A stretch of 64,000 bases of DNA from Lama glama (GCA_028534125.1 CM052816.1:100008001-100072000); one strand, 5' to 3'; numbered from the stretch's first letter, positions 37,759-50,105 are shown. Notes: generated by a model not told the origin, from the sequence alone. Numbers and translations are program-made.

Positions 37759-37847
37759 ATACGTTGGCTGGGCTGATCAATAAGAAGATTAACTTGACCA
37801 AGTGGAGGACTTATCAATCTTCTTATTGATCAGTTTAGCAAACATAT
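37759..37847 (+). ncRNA. Candidate pri-miRNA-like hairpin (unassigned)
   Basis: Perfect 18-bp inverted repeat 37773-37790 / 37816-37833, plus a 14-position basal extension with 3 G:U pairs and 2 mismatches. No expression evidence. Confidence 0.4.
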
Positions 37848-39394
37848 CAGTGTGCCGAGCGCAGCACTGAAGGGCTGTCTGCTTGAAGCTTTGTCGGCCT
37901 TGCGGTAGACCGGCTATCCCGGCGTTGCCACGGGACCTCCCCTCATGGCACCCTCTCTGCCAAAAAGGGCCATCTCCCCCTCTTCCTGTCCCCAGAGAGG
38001 GAGGTGGGTGGGAAAACATCTTGGGATTGTGTGAATGGCTATTAGGAGCTGGATTCAAGTTCAAGCAACAAGTTCTTGTTTGGTAAGAATTCCTGTGACT
38101 CTTATTTCATTAAAAAAAAATAGAGTAAGCTTTTATTTATTGAATATTTAGTGAAAGCTCGAAGAAAATTAAGTATCGCCCACATTTGTGAGCGACCCAG
38201 CTGTGATCATTTCATGTTCTTTCTCCTGGAGTGCTGAGAGAGAGATTAATGTTCATCTTCAGAATCAGCATAAACACTTCCACATTTTATTTTTTAAAAA
38301 AGGCAATGCTTTGAAATTATTTGGACAAATGTCAAATACTTCATCTTGAATCATTGGTATGAAATAATGAAGAGGTCGTGGTGTGATATTTATGTAGCTT
38401 AGAAATGTTTATTTGTTCATTCAATAAGTATTTACCAGATGTAAAGTCTAAATCTTCTGGCTTCTGCCATAAGACCATCCATTCCGCGCCGCTGACCGTG
38501 ACCCCCTCCGAGGGGAGGCGGATGGGACGGGGTCAGTGCCCTGCGCTGGACCCTCGCTCTGTGCTCACCCCCCGCAGCAAGGAGCCGGCAAGTCCTGAGC
38601 TTAGGCATTCACAACTAGGGTGTGCGGCTTTCCCTCCTGGGTGCAGGGAACACAAAACACCTGGCAGCAAGCTGTCCTCATGGGACACACCACAGCAGTG
38701 GCCTCCGCTGGTCGTGTAAAAGCAAGGCAGACCTCGCGCTTTCTCCAGAGAAAGGGGAACAACTTAGCTTGCGTCTGGCTGAGGGAAGTGTACCCCTTGA
38801 TGGGCGGGCTCTGCAGGAAGATGGAGTTGGAGCGGGTGAGCAGGATGGACGCGGTGAAGGGCGGTCTGGCGGCTTCCCAGGACCTGCATGCCACTGATCT
38901 TTCCCAAGTCCATTTTAGTGTGTGTCTCACAGATGACCGCAGAACGCCCAGCTTGCCTGAACAGAAAAGCAAGATGAAGGGTCCCTGACCACACACTCCT
39001 CTGAGCGGGGCTGGGCGGGGCCTGCTTCCCTCTGACTCGGCTACGCAGCACGTCCCTCGCGGAGAACGGGCATGGCTCTCTGCTCCAAGACAACGCAGTG
39101 CTAATTCAAGCCTTAGGCTGGGAGCCGGTCCTCAGTGCACAGTGCAGCTGCCCCGGAACCCCAGCGGTCCCCACCTGCAGCTGGCAGATTCCAGGACACG
39201 CTGCGAAACGGTACCTCCTTCAGATTCTTATACTAGCAGTTACAAATCGGCTTCCGTCTTGAGATTGGGACTCTCGGAACATTTAGGGGAAACACAATCA
39301 TTTTAGAATTTCTTGATCCAGTCTGTTAATTTTTTAAAGCTGATTCTAGAGCAGATTTTTTAGCAAAGAAAAACATGAGCCTGCATCACAGAGT

Positions 39395-39580
39395 CCTGTT
39401 TATCAACGTGGTTTGCAGGGTAACTGGGGGCAGATTCACATAATGAGTGAGACTCTGACTCCTGGGCCCTGCCCCAGGACTAATGTGTGCGATCTCCAGG
39501 GCTAGGACCCGAAGTTCTGAATCTGGACTGAATGCAAGTCCACAGAGTAATTCTTACGCCCTTCCGTATCTTAAGGATGC
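39395..39580. mobile_element. MER5-family hAT relic
   Basis: 'gactcctgggccctgccccaggactaa..gtaattcttacgc' matches the MER5 pattern. Confidence 0.65.
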
Positions 39581-39734
39581 TTTGTTTAAGAGATTTGGTT
39601 TAAATTTGTTGACAGTTATCAGTGTTTAGATCCTTGGAAGTTTGTGTATAACTTGTGCATGTAGTTATGGTGCATTTACACCCAGATGGGTGTAAATCTG
39701 TGTAGAACATGCAGCCTTCAGGTGCATTGCAGCT

Positions 39735-39880
39735 CCCGGGGCTTTACGCCCAGGCGTCTTCAACCCAGCGCTGCCCTGTGGTGAGTAAACAGTCAAAACC
39801 TCAGACAGTTTTCCTGGAGGTCTCGTGGGGACTTAGAGGTAAGTCTTAAGCCTCAGTTTTGCGTCACTTAGAATCCTGAT
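39735..39880. mobile_element. MIR fragment
   Basis: 'gctttacgcc..ttcaaccc..ccctgtggtgagta' degraded MIR pattern. Confidence 0.45.
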
Positions 39881-40074
39881 GTGATTTGTGCTGGTGACCA
39901 AGGATTACACACTCAGACGGAAGGAAGTGAAATGTCTGCCTCTCTAGACCCTGCTTCATCGTGGATGCAGGGGGCATAATGCCCTTCGACTCTGTGGTCC
40001 GTGCAGTGCTTGGCACACGGCAGGCCAAAACAAGTGACCATTGGGAATGTGGGGTTTAGCAGCCGTGAACTCCC

Positions 40075-40252
40075 TCAAAAGAGCAACATGCAGCCACTGG
40101 CAGCAACACGGACGGACCTGGAGATGATCACACGCAGTGAGCAAGTCAGACAGAGGCAAATATCATGTGATATCACGTGTATGTGGAATCTAAAAAAAGG
40201 GATAGAAATTCTATTGCAAACCAGATATAGACTCCTGGACATAGAACACACT
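40075..40252 (+). mobile_element. L1 ORF2 end / 3'UTR fragment
   Basis: 'gcagcaacacggacggacctggagatgatca..tatgtggaatctaaaaaaa'; homologous to 10930-11100. Confidence 0.9.
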
Positions 40253-40539
40253 CGATCGTATGAAGAAAGATACGTTGCTGTCTTCTGGTCACCATGGTAC
40301 GTGGATAATGTCTAAATAAATGACTCATTTGGTTGCACATTTAAACATACTTGGATATAGTTGCTGATTCAAATTGCCAAGTATGGTATAAATAGATTCT
40401 ATTGAATTATAATGCAAAGACAAACCATGCTTGCACCATGACACACAGGTCTTCATAAATTCAAGATAAAACTCAACGTTTGTCGATCTAACCGTGATTG
40501 GGATGGAGCCACAGTGGTAATGCCCATTTTTACTGCTCT

Positions 40540-41230
40540 TCCAGTAAGTGGCACCACCACTGCCCCAGGGACTCAAGCCAGAAACTGCTGGCCCTCCCTC
40601 CCTCTCCTCACCACCTACATTCATTGCAACTCTCTGTCCTGCTGTGGCTGCCGTAGATCACGGTACCATCTTATTTAAATCACATAACAACCTCTTAGCC
40701 ACACGTCCTGTTTTCACGACAAATCCAATGCTCTCCTCCCCATACTTAAAAAGCCATGTCCGACCATGATGCCCCCACACTTATGTCTCTTTTGCATTTT
40801 GAATTAAGTCCGTCTCCCTGCTGTGACCTGCAGGACTTGGGAGGCGGGCCACTGCCCACCTCTTCATCTCCCCTGTGACACCCCTGTGCCCTCCAGCCCA
40901 CCACAGCCTCCTCCTGCTATGTCCCACGCCACCCCCATCCCTCCTCTTGACAAGGCAAACTCCTTCCCTGTCTCAGCACCCAGCCCCAGGGTAGTTCCCT
41001 GGGGCCGCGGCCCTGGCCTGTCTCCCACGGCCATCGCTGTGCCGGCTGAGCATCTCAGCCTCGCGCTTGTCACAAGGCACCTTCACACCTGGGTCACCTG
41101 CTTCGTGTGCTTGTTCTCCATCTCTCACTAGAGTCTAAATTTCCTGAGGACTAAGTTTGCCTGTTTAGCTACTACCAAATATTCAATTACTTGCACAGAG
41201 GCTAGAAACTGGTGGGTAATTCATGACTCT
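40540..41230 (+). mobile_element. L2 LINE 3' region
   Basis: 'gtggcaccaccactgccccag..ctcaagccagaaact' and 'ctctcactagagtctaaatttcctgagg'. Confidence 0.7.
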
Positions 41231-42254
41231 ACTAAAACGATGGTTTCAAAAGCCAAGAGCAAAGTAAGCGCGCCATTACGACGGCTGCCAGTGCAAGGCA
41301 GGAGGGAGGGCGCCTGGCCTCCCGCGCGGGGGCCGCAGACGCCCCGTGCGCGCGAGAGTTCGGAATCTCCTCACTTACGTACAGGTGCTAAAAAAATACC
41401 AGCACGTTTGCAGCAAGTTAACCCTGATAACTAAGTAACTGATGTTTGCCAAGCATTGTTAAAGACCCACGAGGCATAGTAGGTCAGTCCATACAAAGCA
41501 CGTGTGGGCCCAGACAGCCTTGTGCTGTGGGTTCTCCACAGACGGGCGAATCCTGCTCATTTGATCAGGTGCATTCTAGGGTACTATCTTTAAACGCTTC
41601 TGCCATCTGGTAACAGTTCCTTGGTTTAGGGAAGACTGGACCCATGCAAAGAGCGACTTTTGTGATATCATAGACACACAGAGAAAGAGCACTGAGGAAA
41701 AAAGTCATAATATTAATTGGCTGGAGAACAGCACAGTCATCAAGAGGTTTTCATGGCCATTCCTTCAATTTTGTTCCTATAAACCTGAGGACCACGTACT
41801 GTTATTCCAGATATTAACCAGCTACGCTGTCTGAACTAAGTTGGTTCCTAACACTCTTCTGTGTATAGAATAATGAGGGTTCTAAAGATAAAGTCCAGCC
41901 ATTAGGGAAGTGTTATAAACACACTAACATTTTAATACACACTTAACTACTTTAATGCAAATTCATATTATAGGAATTGAAGACATAGGAGCATGCATTT
42001 GTAAAGTATTTTATTTTTCCTTTGTAAACAAAACATTATTTCAGGGATAATATCCACCACTTTTATAGAAGATACCAGAAACACAAGGCAAAATTAAGCA
42101 AGCATTGTTTTTATTGAGCAAATAATGAGGCCTCAGATTTGTAGAGGCTAAAACTAGCTTCTCCTGGGAAAAATGGGCTCTTTGTGAATTAGGACATCAT
42201 TTGAGGAATTCTTTAATCATAGACAAATGAGGGTGCTTTAATAGTATTTGCACT

Positions 42255-42570
42255 GTTACTCATTCCACACATGTTTATGGATTGTGTACAATGTGTTAGA
42301 CATTGGCACGGGTGCTGGGGACACAGCAGTGGATGAAAGCAGCAAACCTGCCAGAAATGGATACATTGTAACTGACTATAATTTAAAAGAAAGAAAGAAA
42401 GAGAGAAAGAGAGAGAGAGAAAGAGAGAGAGAGAAAGGAAGAAAGGAAGAAAGGAAGGAAGGAAGGAAGGAAGGAAGGAAGGAAGGAAGAAAGAAAGAAG
42501 GAAAGAAAGAAAGGGAGAAAGGGAGAAAGAAACAGACCCTCCCTCCCTGCCCTTCAGGAGTGACATCCCC
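42255..42570 (-). mobile_element. L2 3' end interrupted by an L1 stub and purine microsatellite
   Basis: 'cattccacacatgtttatgga..ggtgctggggacacagcagtg' resumes as 'ccctgcccttcaggag' after 42532. Confidence 0.7.
42385..42532 (+). repeat. Pure-purine compound microsatellite (GAAA/GA/GGAA)n
   Basis: 148 consecutive purines. Confidence 0.97.
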
Positions 42571-42629
42571 GTGGAGAACCGTAAGAGCAAGCCGTCCTGG
42601 GTGGTCCCATCACACGAAGAACTGTATGT

Positions 42630-42760
42630 GATTGAGCTCATTTGCATACACAAGAACTCTTTTACTAGCCCCAGTTTTTAGATGAGAAACTGTAGCACAG
42701 GGAGGTCAATAACTCGCCAGTAATCACAGCAGTAACATGAAACCCAACTCCGCCTCCTGT
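42630..42760. mobile_element. MIR
   Basis: 'ccccagtttttagatgagaaactgtagcacagggaggtcaataactcgcc'. Confidence 0.8.
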
Positions 42761-42774
42761 CGATGTGCCTTTGG

Positions 42775-42880
42775 TTAGGTCACCAGTGTTTACTGAGCTC
42801 CTGCTATGTGCCTAGCACTACTGGACAGTGGAGATCCCCGGTGAATTGGACAATGATTCTGGCCCCACTGGATCTTATGG
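42775..42880 (-). mobile_element. L2 3' end
   Basis: 'gtttactgagctcctgctatgtgcctagcact'. Confidence 0.75.
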
Positions 42881-43228
42881 AGTCTTGTATCCTCTCCCCT
42901 GCCTTGCCCCCATCATGCTGATATCAACTGACTCAACTGAACAGGTGCTTTGTCTCCTGCATGGAGGTGAGTGCCTAGTCCTGGGGTAAAGTGATGTTTT
43001 TGAGACCAAGTTGCAATGAGGATATCAATATTGTATAAAGACCTCACTGTCGAGTTTTCCTTTACCTTACTGACCAAGTTTCTAGGATCATGTAGAATGT
43101 ACTAGAAGATGTATCTAATGGTCCCAAAGAACTCAGCCTTCTCTGCAACAGTAAACTGGGAAGTTTATGAGGATCTCTTTGACTCCTGAGGCGGTAGAAG
43201 CTGGCAAACTAGGAAGCAGTACTTTACT

Positions 43229-44080
43229 TGATGAGACAGAATAACGCCTCTCAAAAAGGTGTCTATGTTCTAACCCCTGGAAATCAGAGCAAGAGGGATT
43301 AAGGCTGCAGATGGAACTAAGGTTGCTTATCCACTAATCTGGATATCCTGGGTTATCTGAGTGAGCTGAATATAATCATAAGGGTCATTATAAGTGAAGA
43401 GGGAGGCAGGAGAGTCCGATTCAGAGGAGATGCGAAAGCAGAAGTAGCAGTGGGAGTGAAGAGATTGCTGGCTTTGACGATGGAAAGGTGCCGTGAGCCA
43501 AGAAAGACGCGTGCTATGATCTGAATAGTTGCACCCGCCCAGATTTATATGTTGAAATCCTAAACTTCCACAGGTGGTTGTATTAGGAGGTGGGGGCCTT
43601 TGGGAGGTGATTAGGTCACGAGGGTGGAGCCCCTGTGAATGGGATTAGCGCCCTTATGAAAGCGACCCCACACAGCTCCCCTGCCGCCTCCACCCTGTGA
43701 AGACACAGGAGGTCTGCCATCCAGAGGAGGGTGCTCTCCCACCCCTGCTGGTGTCCTGACATTCAACTCCAGCTTCCAGGACTGTAAGCAGGATGCGTCT
43801 GCTGCTCGCCAGCCACCCCGTCTGTGGGATGCTGGCTTAGCAGCCTGCGGAGAGCTCTCGGATCGACCTTCACAAATTGGAACAAGGCAAGGAGGCAGAA
43901 TCTCCCGGCAGCTGGGGAGATTTTCCCCAGAAGGGAAAACAGCCCTACCGACACCTTGATTGTCTCCCAGGGACAGTCACTGTGGGCTTCTGGCATCCAG
44001 AACTGCCAGATAATACAGCAGTGTTGTTCTAAGTCACTAGGCTTGGGGTCGCTTGTTACAGCAGAAATAGGAAACTGCTC
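43229..44080 (+). mobile_element. MaLR solo LTR (MLT1D-like), split by a nested LTR
   Basis: 'cagaataacgcc..ctaacccctggaa' and 'ttgctggctttgacgatggaa..gagccaag', resuming 'ggaacaaggcaagga..gacaccttgatt..ttgttacagcagaaataggaaact'. Confidence 0.85.
43512..43860 (+). mobile_element. MaLR solo LTR (MLT1A/A0-like) nested in MLT1D-like LTR
   Basis: 'tgctatgatctgaat..tatgttgaaatcctaa..gtattaggaggtgggggcctttgggaggtgattaggtca'. Confidence 0.9.
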
Positions 44081-45844
44081 CGTGGGGTGGGTAGCTGCTT
44101 TCCAGGCCCACAGCAATGACAGTCCCCATATTTCCTGGAAGTCACTGATGGCTTTCCTTCCCCCTGCGCACTTTGCTCTGGATTCCGGGCTGTGTGTTTC
44201 CCCTTAATGGCTTTCAGTGAATCTACTTCCGTCTAATCTCTCCCACTCCCCTGACTCCTGTCAGCCAGCTGCTTAGTTTTAGATGTCACAGGATGGTCAC
44301 CATCTCCCCTCTGCACCTCGGCTCTCTCGCCACTGCCAGCACCACAAACTGAGAGAGACACTGGACATTCTGTGGGGCGAACAGATCATTGCAAGGGTGC
44401 GACTCTCCAATACCCTCTGTGGATTGTGTCTCCGTAGACAGAGTCTGTAGAGATAAAAGTGTCCCTGGGGGCACAGATAACCTGGGCTTGTGATCAGGAG
44501 CCTAGCGCCTGGGAGGAAGGAGCCCCCCTGTAGGAGCTGCACAGTGGAAGGCGGTCATCAAAAATGCGCCTTTCACTTTGGCTCAGACAGCAAACCAGTT
44601 TCCACTCCTCAGCCCGAGTAGTGAGGGACCATATTTCAGTCTTGGATCTCCTCTTGGCCAACCCAAGAGTAATTTAAGCCATTGCTACCACTTTATGCTC
44701 TACCGGGCTTAACACCAAAGTCTCCCCCTCATTATAAGGCTACATTATGATATGATACATTACAATACAGTGTGTTAATATCTGATCAATTCTTCTGTAG
44801 GGCTATGGTTCCACCAGACAATTCAACAAATGATTCAAAGACCAAAACAAGGAAAACTTAGGCTGATGGGCACATAAACTGAATCCGACACTATTTCAAA
44901 TGGAACATCATCTTTAAGAGACAACACAGCAGGGATGGAAGTCCTGAAAAAACAATGTGTGACATTTCTTATTTCCTCTACTAAGCTTCAAAATCAAATG
45001 GGTAGATTATTGTGCCAAAGTTCAGTTTGGCTTTGGATAAATTTTGGCTATTTATCCATTTGTTAAAAAACAAGAATGAAATGCACACTTCTTTTTCCTA
45101 TGAATCGGCACAGCCCTGATTGGCTCCTTGAGCTCACAGTGAGCCAGGTGCAAGGGCTCTGAAGATGGGGCTGAACGTGCTGGCCTGATTCACACACAGT
45201 TAGGAGAAAGACTTTTTTCAACATTTTTCAGGATATATCTTGGGCTGTGTACCTAACAGAAACATCAAAAATATCCAGCTTGGCTCCATCCTCTTCTTTT
45301 GTGCTATAGCTATAAAGTTGCAGGATACTGGCTTCTTCTTGGTATATGGAAAGCACAGCAGCTTGTAAAACATAGAGGCATTGGAGCGCTGGGGATGCCA
45401 TCAAGAAATAAAAGGTGAAGTGCTAGGTACAAGCATGGGCAATGGTTTAAATTAGTGACTGTGCATGACTTAAAAATGTAAGGAATGATTTGAAGTGGAA
45501 TGGGTCTTTTTAAATTTTCACAACAGGACAACTGATTGAGTGATTTATTTGAGTTAGTAGTATTAACAATTAGGGCTTTTTTAGACAAGAGGAAAAAAAA
45601 AGAGTTACAGAAATCCAATGGTCTCCCAAATTGATCTGATTCTCCCAATAATTAGATTTTCCTGCATTTTCCTCTTCTAATTGATCTTGAAGCATCAACC
45701 ATGACTTCTTCTGCGTAGCCAAAATGGTTTTGTGAGTCCCAAATTGTACACCATGTCTATCCATGTGGAAGAGAAAAGTAAACCAGACAAGGAAAGCTGT
45801 AAATATCACACAGGCTGAGGAAGGCAGACATTTTCTACATTTTT

Positions 45845-45870
45845 TAAGTGGTTATTTATTTTTAATTGAA
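45845..45870 (-). mobile_element. Minimal retrotransposon insertion (tail plus a few nt of L1 3' end)
   Basis: 14-bp direct repeats ttttctacattttt (45831-45844) / tcttctacattttt (45871-45884) followed by AA; insert ends 'tttttaattgaa'. Confidence 0.6.
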
Positions 45871-46829
45871 TCTTCTACATTTTTAAATCAAGTGAAGTTC
45901 ATTCAAGGGAGGGAGGAATTCTGACTGCCTAGAAGATCTTAGGTGGGGCTGATCTGAGCAGAGGCAGTGAGATTTGAGGAACAGTGAGGCACTGAAGGGG
46001 CCTTCACTGTTAGAATGACTGTTACCAAGAAGACAGGACAGGAGGGTTCCCAGGATGGTGGAGTAGAAAGAGCCTGAGCTGACCTCCTCTCACACCAAAG
46101 CTATAACTATTTACAGAACAACTATCAATGAAAAAGACCAGAATCTACCAGAAAATATCTTCAACAACTAAAGATATAAAGAAGGAGCTGTAATTGTGGC
46201 AGAACTGTGATAGTCAAGACCCCCTACCCCCTGGTGGGCGACCCACAGACGGGAGAGTAATTACACTGCAGAGGTTCCCCAAGGAGCAAAGGGTCTGAGC
46301 AGCATGTTGGGCTCCCCAGCCTGGTGGTCCTACACCAGGAGGATGAGTCCATAGAATGTTGGCTTTGAAGGCCAGCGGGGCTTATTTTTGGGGGTCCTAG
46401 AGAGCTGGGGGAAATAGACTCTACCCTTAAAGGATGCACACAAAACCTTATATGCTCCAAGACCCTGGGGAGAAGCAGGAATTTGATAGGAGCCTGGGTC
46501 AGACGTACCAGCTGACCTTGGAGAATCTCTGGGAAAGGCAGGAGGCAACTGGTGGTCACCCTGGGGACACAGACACAGGTGGCAGCTATTTCTGGGAGCT
46601 CTTCCTACACATGGACACTGGTGCTGACAAGTACCATTTTGGAATCCTCCCTCTAGCTTATTATCTTCAGGACCCAGCCATGCCCATCTTCTAGCCTGTA
46701 GGAACCTGTATTGACCAATCAACTAACTGGGCAAAGACACAGCCCTATCCACCAGGAGACAGGCTGCCTTAAGACCCTCTGAGCCCACAACTTCCCCTGG
46801 ACACAGCCCTGCCCACTGCCCAACAGAGG

Positions 46830-47235
46830 GCCCAGGACCTGGCCCCACACACCAGTGCACAGGCACTAGAGCTGGGACCCCCAGGGTCCTGCAGCCAGAG
46901 ACCCCAGGACCAGCCTCACCCACCAGTGGGCAGACACCAGCCCCAGGAAAACCACAGTGCCACAGCCTGCTGTGGCAGGACCCATTAAACCCACCAGCAG
47001 GCCAACACCAGCTCTGGGCCCCCTGGTCCCTGCAGCCGGACCCCAGGACCCAGTTCTGCCTGCCAGTGGACTAGCACTAGACCTAGGACCTGGCTTCTCC
47101 CACTAGTGGTCAGAGACCAATCCCAGGATTTCTTGATCCCAGACTCCACCCACCAGTGAGCCAGCACTAGCCCTGGGTCCCCCAGGATTTTACAGCCAGA
47201 CACCATGTGACCTGGGCCCTCCAATCAGTGGCCAG
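46830..47235 (+). repeat. Degenerate ~70-bp tandem repeats within L1 5'UTR
   Basis: Recurrent 'cccagga(c/t)..ccagtg' units at ~46831, 46903, 47042, 47082, 47122 and 47182. Confidence 0.75.
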
Positions 47236-49756
47236 CAGCCTCCACACAAGACAGGGCCCAACAACCAACCTGACCTGGGACCTGCCAAACCTAACAGACC
47301 ACTCACAGTAGTCAGCCTTTTACAACAGAAGAATCCATGCAGCCCACATAGAGGGGGACCCTGGAGCAAACAGCTCTGCTGATGAGAAGGGAGCAGCTTA
47401 CCACAGGAAACAAGAAAAAGTCAAATAAACAAACTAATATTACACCTAAAGGAATTAGAAAAAAGAAGAAGAACAACAACAAAAAAATCAGTAGAAGGAA
47501 AGAAATCGTAAAGTTCAGTGCAGAAATAAGTGAAGTAGATACTAAAAACACAATTGAAAAGATCAATTAAACAAACATCTTGTTCTTTAAAAAGATAAAC
47601 AAAATTGATAACCTTTAGCCAAACTCATCAAGGAAAAAGAAAAATGAGAGAACCTGAATCAAGAGAGTCAGAAATGAAAAAGGAGAAGTTACAGCTGACA
47701 CTACAGAAATGAAAAGGATCATAAGAGGTCATTACAAACAATAATGTGCCAATAAAATGGAGAGTCTAGAAGAAATGAACACATTCCTAGAAATGTAAAA
47801 TCTCTCAAGAATGAACCAAGATGAAATAGAATATATGAACAGACCAATTATCAGTACCAAAATTGAATCAGTAATTTAAAACCTGCCAACAAACAAAAGT
47901 CCTGGACTGAATGGCTTCACAGGTAAATTCTACCAAATATTTAAAGAAGAGTAAATGGCTATACTCCTAAAACTATTTCAAAAATCTGCAGAGGAAGAAA
48001 CACTTCTGAACTCATTCTATGAGGCCACCATCACCCTGATAGTAAAATCAGACAAAGACATTACAAAAAAAGAAAATTATAGGTCCATATCACTGATGAG
48101 CACAGATGCAGAAATCCTTTAAAAAACATTAGCAAGCTGAATCCAATGATACGTTAAAAGGATCAAACACGTGATCAAGTGGGATTCATCCCAGGGATGC
48201 AAGGATGGTTCAATATATGCGAATCAATCAATGTGATACATCATTTTAACAAACTGAAGAATGAAAAGCATATTATCATCTCAATAGATGCAGAAATAGC
48301 TTTTAACAAAATTCAACATCCATTTATGATTTTTAAAAAGTGGGTACAGAGGGAATATAACTCAACATAATAAAGATCATATATGACAAACCCACAGCTA
48401 ACATTAGATTCAACGCTGAGAAGCTGAAAGCATTTCCTCTAAAATCAGGAACAAGACAAGGATAACTACTCTTGCCACTTTTATTCAACATAGTATTGAA
48501 AGTTCTAGTCATAGCAATCAGACAAGAAAAATAAATAAAAGGAATTCAAATTGGAAAGGAAGAAGTAAAACTGTCACTGTTTGCAAATGACATGATACCC
48601 TGTGTAGAAAATCCTGAAGATGCTACCAAAAAACTATTTGAGTTCATGAATGAATTCAGTAAAAATTGCAGGATACATAATTAATATACAGAAATCTGTT
48701 GCATTTCTATATACTAAAAACAAACAATCAAAAAAGAGAAATTAAGGAAATAATCCCATTTACAATTGCATCAGGAAGAATAAAATACCTAGGGATAAAC
48801 CTATCCAAGTAGATAAAAGTCTTAAACTCAGAAATCTATAAAACACTAATGAGAGAAATTGATGATGACACAAACATCTGGGAAGACATACCACATTCAT
48901 GGACTGAAAGACTTACTATTGTTAAAATGAATATACTGCCCAGGGCAATCTACAGATTCAGTTCCATCCTTATCAAAATACCAGTGACATTTTTCACAGA
49001 AGTAGAACAAATGCTTTAAAATTTTAATGAAAATATAAAAGAACCTGAATAGCCAAAACAATCTTGAGAAAGAAGAACAGAGCTGGAGGAATTACATGCC
49101 CTGATTTCAGACTATACTATATACTACAAAGGTATAGTAATCAAAACAGAATGACACTGACACAAAAACAGACACATAGATCAATGAAACAGGATAGAAG
49201 GTCCATAAGTAAACCCACACACTCATGGGTCAATTAATCTAGGACAAAGGAGGCAAGAATGTACAATGGAGAAAAGACAGTCTCTTCAGTAAGTGGTGCT
49301 GGGAAACCTGGACAGCTACCTGTAAAAGAATAAAATTAGAACATTTTCCCACACCATATACAAAAGTAAACTCATAATGGATTGAAGATCTAAATGTAAG
49401 GCTGGAAACCATAAAACACTCTCACATAATTTACAGTAGTATTTTTTTTTCTGGAGGGGATCTGCCTCTTAAGGCAAAGGAAACAAAATCAATAATAAAT
49501 AAATGGGACCTAATTAAACTTAAAAGCTTTTGCATAGCAAAGGAAACCATCAACAAAATGAAAAAACAATATACAGAATGGGGCAAAATATTTGCAAATG
49601 ATATGACTGACAAGGGTTACTATCCAAAATATATAAACAGCTCATACAGCTCAATATCAAAAAATAAATAACGCACTATTGGTGGGAATGTAAATTTGTG
49701 CAGCCACTTTGGAAAGCAGTATTGAGGTTCCCTACAAAAACTAAAACCAGAACTAC

Positions 49757-49783
49757 CACACACACACACACACACACACACAC
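49757..49783 (+). repeat. (CA)n microsatellite within L1
   Basis: Directly visible. Confidence 0.95.
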
Positions 49784-50105
49784 GAATGCTATTCAGCCAT
49801 TAAAAAGAATGGGATTTTGGTATTTGCAAAAACATAGATGGACCTTGGAGTTATTATGCTAAGTGAGATAAGTCAGACAGGGAAAGAAAAATACTGTATG
49901 ACGTTACTAATAGGTGGGATCTAAAAGAGCCAAACTCATAAAAACAGAGTAGAGTCGTGGTTATCAGGTGCTGGGGTGGGGAAGTGGGAAGATGATATTT
50001 AAAGATACAAATTTAGAACTAGCTCAGGAGGGCTAATGCATAACATAGTGATTATTGTCAACAATCTGCATTAGAAACTTCAAAGTTTCTAAGAGATTAG
50101 ATCTT

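Noticed and set aside
42248..42631. Lys/Glu/Arg-rich ORF
   Set aside because: Translation of the purine microsatellite.
46830..47235. Spaced direct repeats superficially like a CRISPR array
   Set aside because: Degenerate tandem monomers inside an L1 5'UTR in a mammalian genome; no constant repeat/unique spacer pattern and no cas genes.
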